Positions 41,976 to 51,396 of a stretch of DNA of 56,310 nt are shown piece after piece. The notes beneath the pieces were generated by a model that was given only the letters and a program-made list of their open reading frames with translations, made no database searches and had not been told where the DNA came from. The position numbers and the translations under genes are program-made. The stretch spans positions 1-56,310 of the forward strand of contig SKJE01000051.1 of the NCBI GenBank assembly GCA_007116075.1. Direction: 5' to 3'. This DNA is from Spirochaetia bacterium (GTDB taxonomy: Bacteria > Spirochaetota > Spirochaetia > PWKH01). Every line of letters begins with the position of its first letter. Positions within the stretch are counted from its first letter, which is position 1.

Positions 41976-42483
41976 GGCAATTCTCTTTCTGGAAAATGAA
42001 CCGGTTGATATCGATAAACTGGCTCGTATTTCCTTGCTTCCACGAAAGAAAGTGAGGACGTGTCTGGAAGAAATTGTTGAAATCTACGAAAGCTCACCTC
42101 ACCATGGAATACGGCTGCTGGAGTTTGCCGGAGGCTACCATTTTGTTCCGAAGGATGATCTGTGGGAAGATCTTAAGGATCATTACGGCAGAAAAATTGA
42201 TCGACGGCTTTCCAAGGCAGCTTTAGAGACGCTGTCTATTATTGCCTATTCCCAGCCAATAACCCGAAAAGAAATAGACAATATACGAGGAGTCAGTTCT
42301 GATAACAGCCTCCGTCTGCTGATTGAACGGGATTACGTCCGTTCTGTAGGGAAAAAAGAGGTGATTGGACATCCCTACTTATATGGAACTACAAAGAAAT
42401 TCCTCCAGGAATTCAATCTTAAGAGCATATCATCTTTACCAAAACTGAAGGATATTGATCATGACCGCTTTGAACAAGAGTGA
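41929..42483 (+). CDS. scpB: segregation and condensation protein B
   Basis: IEAILFLENEPVDIDKLA, ALETLSIIAYSQPITRKEIDNIRGV and YGTTKKFLQEFNL are present. Confidence 0.88.
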   Translation: MEIEQKEHLKQIQLIEAILFLENEPVDIDKLARISLLPRKKVRTCLEEIVEIYESSPHHGIRLLEFAGGYHFVPKDDLWEDLKDHYGRKIDRRLSKAALETLSIIAYSQPITRKEIDNIRGVSSDNSLRLLIERDYVRSVGKKEVIGHPYLYGTTKKFLQEFNLKSISSLPKLKDIDHDRFEQE

Positions 42484-43207
42484 TGCACCGCAGCGACTGC
42501 AGAAGGTTCTAGCATCCAGCGGTGCTGGTTCCCGTCGTTTCTGCGAGACCCTCATAGCAGAAGGAAGGGTAGGGGTAAATGGAAAAACAGTTACTACCCC
42601 CGGTATAACTGTGACCGAACAGGATCACATTACCCTGGACGGAAAGGTTATAAGGTCCCAGCAGCACTATTACTTCATGCTTCATAAACCCCGGGGATAT
42701 CTCAGTTCCAACAGTGATCCCCACCATACCCGGTTTGCCCGGAATCTTATTCAACATCCAAAAAAGGATCTGCTCTTTCATGTCGGTCGACTGGATATCA
42801 ATTCCACGGGCCTTATGATTTTTACCAACGACGGACATTTCGCTCATCAGCTCCAGCATCCCTCCTTTGAAGTGGAAAAAGAGTATTATATTTCAGTTAC
42901 CGATAAAATTCAGGAGAAAGATTTGAAAAGAGCTGTGGAAGGGGTTCTATTTCCTGACGGTATAGTATATAAATTGAAGCGATACCTGTTACTTTCCGAT
43001 CGGGAAGTGCGGGTGGTGCTTACGGAGGGGAAAAACCGTGAGATCAGGAATCTTTTTGCTTCCTTCGGATGCACCATTGATATCCTTCACCGGATTCGTA
43101 TCGGTTCTCTGGAAATTGGGGACCTGCCGCCGGGAGGATATAGAGAAATTGAAGGGGATGTGGTCAGATCTATGTTGAATCGGACCATGTCGAAAAAGGA
43201 TGATTGA
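42455..43207 (+). CDS. rluB: RsuA/RluB-family rRNA pseudouridine synthase
   Basis: An S4 domain is present (RLQKVLASSGAGSRRFCETLIAEGRV). The catalytic box is HVGRLDINSTGLMIFTNDG. GKNREIRN is also present. Confidence 0.8.
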   Translation: MIMTALNKSDAPQRLQKVLASSGAGSRRFCETLIAEGRVGVNGKTVTTPGITVTEQDHITLDGKVIRSQQHYYFMLHKPRGYLSSNSDPHHTRFARNLIQHPKKDLLFHVGRLDINSTGLMIFTNDGHFAHQLQHPSFEVEKEYYISVTDKIQEKDLKRAVEGVLFPDGIVYKLKRYLLLSDREVRVVLTEGKNREIRNLFASFGCTIDILHRIRIGSLEIGDLPPGGYREIEGDVVRSMLNRTMSKKDD

Positions 43208-45621
43208 TGGTTGTAGCAATAGACGGACCTGCTGGAGTCGGTAAGAGTACCGTAGCAAAACGGCTTGCCGAAGAACTTTCCCTGTTTTATATAAATTCTG
43301 GAAATTTTTACCGAGCCATTACAAGACACCTCCTTAAAACTGACAGAAATCCTGAAAGCATGGATGAGCTGCTCAGCGCAGCACAGGAATGCTTGATCAC
43401 TATAACTGACGGCAGGGTATACTGTAACGGAGAAGATATTGAGGATGAACTCCATACTGACTCCGTCGATCAATACGTAGCTCAACATTCTGCATATAGA
43501 CCAGTTCGCGAAATTGTAAATGAGCAGCTTCGGAAGGTCTCAAAGGACATTGACTTGGTTGCAGAAGGCCGGGATATGACCACCATTGTATTCCCTGAAG
43601 CAGATTATAAATTCTATCTTGACGCTGGACTTGAAATTAGGGCTGAAAGACGGTATAACCAACAGGAAACTACCCTGCAGCTGCAAGCTATTCAGCAAAA
43701 CCTCAGTACTAGAGATGAGGTGGATACGACAAAGGAATATGGCGCACTTCGGCAGACACCGGAAGCGTACTACATAGATACCTCACACTTGACCATAGAT
43801 GAAGTTTGTGAGAAAGTGTTGAAGCATATACAAAAAAACGGAAAAGATAATCAGGAGAGTCGGAACGTGTTATCAGAAAAAGGGACTGACAAAAACAGCA
43901 AAGAAGAACAAAAAACACAGAAACCAAGCGCCAGTGAGATGCAGAACATGCTTCAGGAAGAGTACCTGAATAAGCTTGATGATATCGAAGAGGGTCAGCT
44001 GATAACAGGGCATGTCGTCGAGTTTACCGGGGAATTTGTGTTCGTCGATGTAGGCTTTAAATCTGAAGGCAGAATACCTGTCGAAGAATTTGAACATGTG
44101 CCCTCTATCGGCGACGAAGTTCAGGTAGTACTCATCAGCAAGGAAGGGAAACACGGACAAACTATTGTTTCCAAGAAAAAAGCTGATATTCGAGTCACCG
44201 CAAATAGCATGAAGGATGCCTTCAAGAACAGCGAACCTGTTGAAGGAACCTTTGATAGGGTAATCAAAGGTGGTTATGAAGTAGCCATCCAGGGTGCTCT
44301 TACTGCATTCTGCCCCCTTTCCAAGGCAGCAATGCGCAGGATTGAAGATCCAGAAGAGATGATCGGTATTACTGATTATTTCCTTATTGATAAAATGCAT
44401 GCGGATTCACGGGTTAAACCTGTAGTCTCACGCAGGGCATACCTTGAAAAAGAAATTGACCGCAGAAAAGCGGATTTCTTTGCCCAACGCCAGGTTGGAG
44501 ATGAAGTGGAAGGAGTGGTGAAGAGCTTTACCTCCTTTGGAGCTTTCATCGATCTGGGCGGCTTTGACGGACTGCTGCATATCAATGATATGAGCTGGGG
44601 TCATGTAACCCGTCCTAAGGACTACGTCAAGAAGGGACAGAAAATTAATTTAAAACTGATCCATCTCGACACTGAAAGCCAGAAAATCAACCTGAGTCTT
44701 AAGCACTTTACTCCGGATCCCTGGGAATCATTTATCGATCATTACGATATTGAACAGGTCGTGAAGGGTAAGGTAACCAAAATGACCGACTTCGGTGTCT
44801 TCATTGAACTGCAAGAGGGAATTGAAGGACTTGCTCATATTTCTGAACTCTCCTGGATAAAGCGGATTAACCATCCTAAGGAAGTTGTATCTATCGGAGA
44901 TGATGTTGAAGCTATGATCCTCGGTTACGATATTGATGCTCGTAAGGTCTCCCTTGGACTGAAACAAGTTCAGCCGAATCCCTGGGATTCCATTGAGGAA
45001 CACTATCCTGTTGGAAAAGTCATGAACAGGAAAGTAATCAAAGTGACCAATGCGGGAGCCTTTATTCAGCTTGAAGAGGGAATTGACGGTTTTCTGCACA
45101 TTGACGACACTTCATGGACCAAAAAACTGAGAAATATGTCTGCCTTCTGTAAAGAGGGAGAAATGATGGACGTTGTGGTCATCCGTATCGATGAGGAGAA
45201 TCGCAGAATTCGCCTCGGAGTAAAGCAGCTTTCAGATAATCCCTGGCAGCAGCTGAAGGATACCTACCCGAAGGGAAGCGTCATTGAAGGTGAAGTGACC
45301 GGTATAACCGATTTCGGAGTATTTGTTCGGGTATACGACGATATAGACGGACTGATTTCCAAGTACAACCTTGCCAATCCTGAAGAAGAGTACACCGATG
45401 AAATTCTTAAACGATTTAAAGAGGGTGATCGGGTGAAGGCAATGGTGATGGATGTAAATCCTTCAGCCAAGAAGCTTTCTCTTTCAATCCGGGATTTAAT
45501 CAGACAGACACAGAAAAAAGAGATTTCCAAGTACATCCATGATGATCATGATGATGAAGGGGATACCTTCACCTTTGCAGACCTGATGAAGGAAAAGAAC
45601 CAGGATTCAGAGGAAGAATAA
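43204..45621 (+). CDS. cmk-rpsA: cytidylate kinase - ribosomal protein S1 fusion protein
   Basis: The N-terminal ~220 aa are Cmk (VAIDGPAGVGKSTVAKRLA, GRDMTTIVFPEA). A K/E/Q linker follows. Six S1 repeats then follow (e.g. VEGVVKSFTSFGAFIDLGGFDGLLHIND, VKGKVTKMTDFGVFIEL). It is one uninterrupted 805-aa frame. Confidence 0.88.
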   Translation: MMVVAIDGPAGVGKSTVAKRLAEELSLFYINSGNFYRAITRHLLKTDRNPESMDELLSAAQECLITITDGRVYCNGEDIEDELHTDSVDQYVAQHSAYRPVREIVNEQLRKVSKDIDLVAEGRDMTTIVFPEADYKFYLDAGLEIRAERRYNQQETTLQLQAIQQNLSTRDEVDTTKEYGALRQTPEAYYIDTSHLTIDEVCEKVLKHIQKNGKDNQESRNVLSEKGTDKNSKEEQKTQKPSASEMQNMLQEEYLNKLDDIEEGQLITGHVVEFTGEFVFVDVGFKSEGRIPVEEFEHVPSIGDEVQVVLISKEGKHGQTIVSKKKADIRVTANSMKDAFKNSEPVEGTFDRVIKGGYEVAIQGALTAFCPLSKAAMRRIEDPEEMIGITDYFLIDKMHADSRVKPVVSRRAYLEKEIDRRKADFFAQRQVGDEVEGVVKSFTSFGAFIDLGGFDGLLHINDMSWGHVTRPKDYVKKGQKINLKLIHLDTESQKINLSLKHFTPDPWESFIDHYDIEQVVKGKVTKMTDFGVFIELQEGIEGLAHISELSWIKRINHPKEVVSIGDDVEAMILGYDIDARKVSLGLKQVQPNPWDSIEEHYPVGKVMNRKVIKVTNAGAFIQLEEGIDGFLHIDDTSWTKKLRNMSAFCKEGEMMDVVVIRIDEENRRIRLGVKQLSDNPWQQLKDTYPKGSVIEGEVTGITDFGVFVRVYDDIDGLISKYNLANPEEEYTDEILKRFKEGDRVKAMVMDVNPSAKKLSLSIRDLIRQTQKKEISKYIHDDHDDEGDTFTFADLMKEKNQDSEEE

Positions 45622-45661
45622 AGAACGTACTACGCTAAACCGGTAAGAGGGGCGCTATTTC

Positions 45662-46351
45662 ATGCAGCAACCAGAGAAGAAAAAAAAAGATGAACTGAGC
45701 TTATCACAGAAGATTGAGCAGCTCGTAATACGATACAGAAAACAACTGCTGATCAGTGTATCAGTTATTGTAGCAGTGCTTGTTATTTTCGGGATTGTTA
45801 CACAAGTACAATCCCGGAGACTTCAGGAGTATACGGTACGGGTAGAGCAGGCTGAGCAGCTGTTCCGTGACTACCTGAGCAGTGATGATGATGCACGTAC
45901 TGCATTGGCAGAGGAACTGGAAACCGAACTTGATGACATCATTTCAAGTATGAGCAGCAAGTATCCAGGCCTTAGAGCATTGATGATCTATGGCGAGTAC
46001 TACTACAATCTGGAAGACTATGGCCAGTCAATGGACAAGTTTAAACAGGCTGCTGACCAGTTCAGCTCTACCTATCTTGCACCGGTAGCTTTGATGAATG
46101 CCGCTGTAGCTAGCGAACGTAGCGGAGATAGTGATCAGGCTATTTCGCTGTATCAGCGGGTAGTTGAAAGGTATGCAGACAGTTTTCACGGGGTTTCCCG
46201 GGCACTTCTGAATATTGGCAGACTCTATGAAGGTCGGAACAACATTCAGGCAGCTCTTGAAGCCTATGAACAGCTTACCGTAGACTATTCCGAATCTGAA
46301 TGGGCAAAACTTGCTCAGACAAGGATGATACAGATTGAAGTAGGCATGTAG
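45662..46351 (+). CDS. membrane-anchored TPR-like protein (YfgM/YbgF-like)
   Basis: 229 aa with an N-terminal TM helix (LLISVSVIVAVLVIFGIV). TPR-like helices follow (YGEYYYNLEDYGQSMDKFKQAA, NIGRLYEGRNNIQAALEAYEQL). Confidence 0.55.
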   Translation: MQQPEKKKKDELSLSQKIEQLVIRYRKQLLISVSVIVAVLVIFGIVTQVQSRRLQEYTVRVEQAEQLFRDYLSSDDDARTALAEELETELDDIISSMSSKYPGLRALMIYGEYYYNLEDYGQSMDKFKQAADQFSSTYLAPVALMNAAVASERSGDSDQAISLYQRVVERYADSFHGVSRALLNIGRLYEGRNNIQAALEAYEQLTVDYSESEWAKLAQTRMIQIEVGM

Positions 46352-46387
46352 CGCACTTTATACGTGTTGTACACAGGAGGGAAACTG

Positions 46388-46909
46388 ATGAAAAAGGTAT
46401 TTTTTTTCATGCTGGTTTCCCTTTTTTTATGGTCCTGCGGGCTTCCGGCTTTTTTAAATCTTCCTAAGATTGAAGATTTTATTTCTATACAAGCAGAAGA
46501 TTTTACATTTACCGTTGATACTGAGAAACTGAATCTAACGTATGATGCTCAGGGAATAATTTTGAGTTATCGAGTTTCAGTTAATAAGCCCACAGTTGTC
46601 CCTGGATATTCATACAGTTACAGCGACAGCAAACCGGTACTTTTCAACAATCAAGAAAAAGTTGATATCGGAGTACTGCTTTCTCCTGATACACTCATCT
46701 ATTTTGACCTTTATTATACCTCTTCTGATAATATCGTTTCGTTATCTTCTGGTGACAGCTTCAATAAAGATAGTGATGAAATCAGCATTTCTACCGACTT
46801 AGATAAATATTATATTCAGTTTTTTGTTCAATATTATGCTGACCATCAAGGAGAAAGTATAAGTACAACAAAATATGTGTATCTTGGATATATCTATGTC
46901 GATGAGTAG
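46388..46909 (+). CDS. small lipoprotein, lineage-specific, low G+C
   Basis: MKKVFFFMLVSLFLWSCG is a signal peptide with a lipobox-like LWSC. A GGAGGG RBS lies 6 nt upstream of the ATG at 46388. The product is S/Y/D-rich and the gene is AT-rich. Confidence 0.6.
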   Translation: MKKVFFFMLVSLFLWSCGLPAFLNLPKIEDFISIQAEDFTFTVDTEKLNLTYDAQGIILSYRVSVNKPTVVPGYSYSYSDSKPVLFNNQEKVDIGVLLSPDTLIYFDLYYTSSDNIVSLSSGDSFNKDSDEISISTDLDKYYIQFFVQYYADHQGESISTTKYVYLGYIYVDE

Positions 46910-46973
46910 GGTACTAACTTCAGATACATATTACTTTAAATAATGTATATTCTGTAAACTTATAGGTGGGTAT

Positions 46974-47789
46974 ATGAATTTTGATTATGTGATGCATCGT
47001 ACAGCTTCATTTTCTCAGGCTGCAGATCGTTTATTTGAGATTCTTCGGATTCTGCGGGGTCCCGACGGCTGTCCCTGGGATCGATCACAGACCCTTGAGA
47101 GCTTTCACAGTAATCTTCTTGAGGAATCCTATGAATATATTGATGCACTGCAGCAGCTGGATTATCCGGGATGTCATGAGGAACTTGGTGATGTAATGCT
47201 TGTGCTGACCATGCTTGGACAAATGCATGAAGAACTTGATCATGTAAGCTTTGCTTCAATGATCGATGATACCTCAGATAAACTTATTAGACGTCATCCC
47301 CATGTTTTTTCTAATCAACAGGCTGATCATCCTGACGAGGTCATTGCTTTATGGGACAATATAAAAGAACAGGTGGAAGGAAAAGTAGCAACCGAAGAGA
47401 ACTTTTTCCATCATATTCCTAAAGCGCTTCCGCCTCTTGACCGGGCTAAAAAAATTCAGAAACGGGCTGCAAAAGTCGGTTTTGACTGGGATGACGTATC
47501 GGGAACCCTTGATAAACTTCGTGAAGAGATTGATGAACTGCAGGAAGCTGCTGAAAACGGTTCTTTACGGGATATGGAGGAAGAAATCGGCGATGTGCTC
47601 TTCAGCATTGTGAATTTCTCCCGTCATATGAAGATAACACCATCAACAGCGCTGCATCGGACAAATGAGAAATTCATGCATCGATTCAATGTCATGCGTA
47701 CTAAGCTGAAATCACAGGGAATGGAATTGGATGATACTGAACTAGCTGACATGGAGACAGCATGGAATCAGGCTAAAAATGAAGCCTGA
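46974..47789 (+). CDS. mazG: nucleoside triphosphate pyrophosphohydrolase MazG
   Basis: LRGPDGCPWDRSQT, EESYEYIDA, EELGDVMLVL, and a second EEIGDVLFSIVN repeat are present. 271 aa. Confidence 0.9.
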   Translation: MNFDYVMHRTASFSQAADRLFEILRILRGPDGCPWDRSQTLESFHSNLLEESYEYIDALQQLDYPGCHEELGDVMLVLTMLGQMHEELDHVSFASMIDDTSDKLIRRHPHVFSNQQADHPDEVIALWDNIKEQVEGKVATEENFFHHIPKALPPLDRAKKIQKRAAKVGFDWDDVSGTLDKLREEIDELQEAAENGSLRDMEEEIGDVLFSIVNFSRHMKITPSTALHRTNEKFMHRFNVMRTKLKSQGMELDDTELADMETAWNQAKNEA

Positions 47790-50209
47790 TCCATTGCTGA
47801 ACCCTCTGTGGACAGTGTTTCAAGGCGTTTTGGATGAAAGGTTTTAATAAAACCGTATTTATCATCGGTTAACTTAAATATATCAGGCTTTCCAGGTGAT
47901 ACCAGCAGCCTGATGATCGTGGTCCCGGAAGTTGGTCCTGGGAGGTATTCAAGATGCTCCGGTGTTCCCAGTACGTCCTGGACCGTCTCCTGTGATCCCT
48001 CCAGTATGTACTCAGCACCTCCGTACTGCGCCATGAGAGAGAACTTTCCGCTCTTTGCTGCAGGTAGAACCTTGAGCATGCGAATACCCTCGGGAAGATG
48101 ATCATTAAGCTGTGCCAAGGCGCTCTGCAGCTGCTGTTCATCCATGACTGTCTGAAAAAGCAGATACTCACCCTCTGATTCCACACCAAGGGAAAGCGGA
48201 TGGGCAAAGTCAATCTTCGGTTTTGGATTATACCCCTGGGAGTAACTGACAGGTATTGATGAACGTCGAAAGGCCCGCTCGAAGATTTTCATCATATTGA
48301 TATGGGAAAGAAACCGGGTCCTGTCGAGTTTTGTGAACTTTACGACATAGTTTCTACCCGGTCCTTCCTCACGATGATAATACTGTTCATGGATACGGTA
48401 ATATGATTCCGCCAGTTCTTCAAGCTCTACAGGGTCCAAAGTTTCCTGTATGACCGGATGCACCGAGGTGCTGCAGGTTCCACAGTATTGCTGACAAGGG
48501 TGTGTGCAGATATCGGTGAGATCGCCATCAAGTGCCCGTTGATATTCCCGTTTAAGAAATCCTTTAGAAGCTCCAAGATGAACCACATCCCACGGCAGTG
48601 GTTCATCAATGGACCGTTCACGGAGTACCTCCATGACATCCCAGGAAGCTTCTGCATAACTATCAAGCCACGCATCTTTTTTCAAGTGATCATCCCAGGG
48701 ATCCAGCAGGGCACCTTTACGATAGGCAGATTCAATAAGATCCCCTACCCGTTCATCTCCCCTACTGATAATACCCTCCAAGGTGGAGATAAAGGGATCA
48801 TGATAGCTTACTTTCACAAAGCGGTTTTTTCTAAATGCATCTTTGATCCGGTAGAATATCTCCCTGGCTGATGATTCATCAAACTGTCGAGCCCATTGAA
48901 ATGGTGTATGGGGCTTCGGAATAAAGGTACCTATGTTCACATTGAGATTGATCTTTGCCTCTTTCTCGATAACACTGATGTATTCTATGATTTCATCAGC
49001 TATATCAGGGGTGTCTGATCCAGGCAGCCCGATCATGAAGTAGAATTTTGCAAGCCTCCATCCGCGTTTTTTCGCCTCATGAAGAATTTCCAGTACCTTA
49101 TCCCGGGATACCTCCTTATTCAGGGCACGCTGTCCTGATACGGTAGGTGTCTCTACTGCAAAGGTGATGCCACTTTTTCGTACCTGTGAAATATCCTCGA
49201 GAAGATCCAGGGTAAATGAATCGATCTTCAACGACGGTAGAGAAAATGATACGTGGCCTTCGCCGAAGGCTCTATCGAGTCCTTTCACCAAAGGTTGGAG
49301 TCCATGGTAATCACCGGTAGACAACGAGGATAAGGTAATCTTATCGTATCCCTGATCAAATACAAAATGATCCACTTGTCGGAATATGTGTTGAGCCGGA
49401 GATTCCCTGAATGGCCGATAAAGGATACCAGCATGACAGAAACGGCACCCGTTTGGGCATCCACGCATAATTTCTGCCGCTCCGTGGTCCTGTACCACCT
49501 TGATGCTGGGAACAGTAAAATATTCTGCTTCACGACTTCTATGTGAGAAATCAGTGTCGATAGCTCGACGGGTCCGCTTTTTCCCTGGCACATAGCATGA
49601 CGGATGCTCTGCTAGCACATCCATAAGTTCATCCCGGGTCGCACCAGCCTGCTTAAGAGCTCCTATCTGTGTTAGTATTTCCTGCAGTGCAGCTTCCGCT
49701 TCACCTATAAAAACTGCATCAAAGAATTGTGAAAGAGGAAGGGGGTTGGTCATACCAGGTCCACCCGCGATTACAATGGTATCAGCACCGCTTCTATCCT
49801 TTCTGTTAAGAGGTATATTCCCGTGGTCCAGCACCGATAAAATAGTGGTAGCTGCCAGTTCATACCCGACGGATATAGCAAGGAGATCCAGATTATTAAG
49901 GGCAATTCCATCTTCCAGGGTAAAAAGCGGCAGGTTTTTCTTCTTCAAAAGCCGGGAAAAATCCGGGGCCGGTGCAAATACTCGCTGAGCACACCACAGG
50001 GGTGATCGGTTGACCAAGTCATAAAGAATCTTCACAGCTTGATTGGACATGCCGATCTCATACAGATCAGGGAAGCAGATCCCCGCTGTGAATAATCCCT
50101 CCCGAAGAGGTTTCATACTGCCGAATTCACCGCCGACGTACCGTCCGGGAATCTCTACATCAAGCAGATCATCCGAGAGCTGCTTGAATATTGACGTATT
50201 ATTATTCAT
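47768..50209 (-). CDS. fused radical SAM protein (TIGR03960-like N-terminal part plus DUF2344/TIGR03936-like C-terminal part)
   Basis: 813 aa. The radical SAM cluster motif is EIMRGCPNGCRFCHAG. The N-terminus is PGRYVGGEFGS. The C-terminal module reads RTRFLSHINMMKIFERAFRRSSIPVSYSQGYNPKPKIDFAHPLSLGVES. Confidence 0.75.
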   Translation of the reverse strand: MNNNTSIFKQLSDDLLDVEIPGRYVGGEFGSMKPLREGLFTAGICFPDLYEIGMSNQAVKILYDLVNRSPLWCAQRVFAPAPDFSRLLKKKNLPLFTLEDGIALNNLDLLAISVGYELAATTILSVLDHGNIPLNRKDRSGADTIVIAGGPGMTNPLPLSQFFDAVFIGEAEAALQEILTQIGALKQAGATRDELMDVLAEHPSCYVPGKKRTRRAIDTDFSHRSREAEYFTVPSIKVVQDHGAAEIMRGCPNGCRFCHAGILYRPFRESPAQHIFRQVDHFVFDQGYDKITLSSLSTGDYHGLQPLVKGLDRAFGEGHVSFSLPSLKIDSFTLDLLEDISQVRKSGITFAVETPTVSGQRALNKEVSRDKVLEILHEAKKRGWRLAKFYFMIGLPGSDTPDIADEIIEYISVIEKEAKINLNVNIGTFIPKPHTPFQWARQFDESSAREIFYRIKDAFRKNRFVKVSYHDPFISTLEGIISRGDERVGDLIESAYRKGALLDPWDDHLKKDAWLDSYAEASWDVMEVLRERSIDEPLPWDVVHLGASKGFLKREYQRALDGDLTDICTHPCQQYCGTCSTSVHPVIQETLDPVELEELAESYYRIHEQYYHREEGPGRNYVVKFTKLDRTRFLSHINMMKIFERAFRRSSIPVSYSQGYNPKPKIDFAHPLSLGVESEGEYLLFQTVMDEQQLQSALAQLNDHLPEGIRMLKVLPAAKSGKFSLMAQYGGAEYILEGSQETVQDVLGTPEHLEYLPGPTSGTTIIRLLVSPGKPDIFKLTDDKYGFIKTFHPKRLETLSTEGSAMDQASFLA

Positions 50210-50225
50210 ATTTTGTTATAAAAAA

Positions 50226-50568
50226 GGGAAGAGACAGATCTGTAAGCCGGGTTCTGTAATCGGTATTCATCTATCTACACCTGCCGTTACCGACAGGCTC
50301 CAGCAACCTACCCGCAGACAATGGGCGAACAACCCGTCTGCTGTTTGGTTTTGCTCCTGAAGAGGTTTACCCTGCCCTTTTTGTTACCAAAAAGGCGGTG
50401 GGCTCTTACCCCACCATTTCACCCTTACCGGAACCATCAGGGACCGGCGGTATATTTTCTGCGGCACTTTCTGTCACCCCGAAGGGTGCCCGGGGGTTAC
50501 CCGGCATCATGTTCTGCGGAGCCCGGACTTTCCTCCCATGAGGGCGAATACCCGATCTGTCTCTCCCC
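50226..50568 (-). ncRNA. rnpB: RNase P RNA, bacterial type A
   Basis: The reverse strand contains GGGAGGAAAGTCCGGGC (P4 5' strand) and ACAGAACCCGGCTTA (P4 3' strand). It also contains GGTAAGGGTGAAATGGTGGGGTAAGAGCCCACC. The P1 helix is GGGGAGAGACAGATC / GATCTGTCTCTTCCC. Track ORFs 50043-50360 and 50321-50590 are artefacts. Confidence 0.92.
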
Positions 50569-50586
50569 ATATTCCTTTCTTTTCTT

Positions 50587-50615
50587 TTAATTCAAGTCAA
50601 AATCATCCATGTCAA
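50587..50615 (-). promoter_or_regulatory. candidate internal promoter for rnpB inside the 3' end of the upstream CDS
   Basis: The reverse strand reads TTGACA (50610-50615), a 17-nt spacer, then AATTAA (50587-50592, overlapping the stop codon). The -35 is perfect and the -10 is weak. Confidence 0.3.
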
Positions 50616-51375
50616 CAAGATCAGAGAGACTTCCAGCCTCAATATCTGCCGCAATAGTCTCCTCAGTCTTGGCATCCTCATAAAAGAGGATCCTGCTGCA
50701 GTAGGGACAGAACTGGTATTCAACCCCTTCGCGAACCTCGTTTACAAACTGCTGGGAGAGCTGCATATGACATCCTGTGCAGACGATTTCCTTAATGGGT
50801 ACAATACCAACACCAGATTTACTTTTTATAATTCGTTCAAATTTAAAAAGAATCTCTTCGTCCATATCGACCACAAGATCCTTCTCTTCAGCTTCGAGTT
50901 CCCGGAGTCTGCTCTGCTTGACAGAAAGTTCCTCTTCCATCTGCTGCCGATGTTCCTGAAGGTCCTCTTCCTGAGAGCTGATAAGCTCCTCACTATCCTC
51001 TATTTCACTGATAAGCTCTTCAACGTGCTTCTCTTCACTGAGGATTTCCTTGCGCAGCTGCTGCTCCTTTTCCGAAGCATCCTTGATCTCCTTATCCAGA
51101 GCTTCATATTCCTTCTGGGTACTGATCAAATCCATCTGCTTCTCATACCCCTCACGGGCCCGTTCAGCATCATCAAGTCGAATCTTAAGGCTTTTCAGCT
51201 TATCCTTCGCGCGTTCAAGGCGGCGGTTCTGTTCAAGATACCGCTCCTTTGAACGTTCAAGGACCTGTTCGTTGGTCTCGATAACTTTTGGAATATCCTT
51301 GATTTCATCCTGTACTTTATACTTCTCAAAGAGAATATACTGTAGTTTTCGTAGCCGCTGGTATTGTTCCTGCAT
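50587..51375 (-). CDS. COG1579/DUF164-type coiled-coil protein with C-terminal C4 zinc ribbon
   Basis: 262 aa. A long E/K/L/Q coiled-coil is followed by CTGCHMQLSQQFVNEVREGVEYQFCPYCSRILFYE. Confidence 0.75.
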   Translation of the reverse strand: MQEQYQRLRKLQYILFEKYKVQDEIKDIPKVIETNEQVLERSKERYLEQNRRLERAKDKLKSLKIRLDDAERAREGYEKQMDLISTQKEYEALDKEIKDASEKEQQLRKEILSEEKHVEELISEIEDSEELISSQEEDLQEHRQQMEEELSVKQSRLRELEAEEKDLVVDMDEEILFKFERIIKSKSGVGIVPIKEIVCTGCHMQLSQQFVNEVREGVEYQFCPYCSRILFYEDAKTEETIAADIEAGSLSDLVDMDDFDLN

Positions 51376-51396
51376 ACTGCCTCTCTCTCCTCTGAG

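Noticed and set aside
50043-50590. Two + strand ORFs (105 aa and 89 aa) between the radical SAM gene and the zinc-ribbon gene
   Set aside because: They lie antisense across the RNase P RNA gene. Conserved P4 and J11/12 motifs explain the region. The translations are low-complexity P/R/S-rich.
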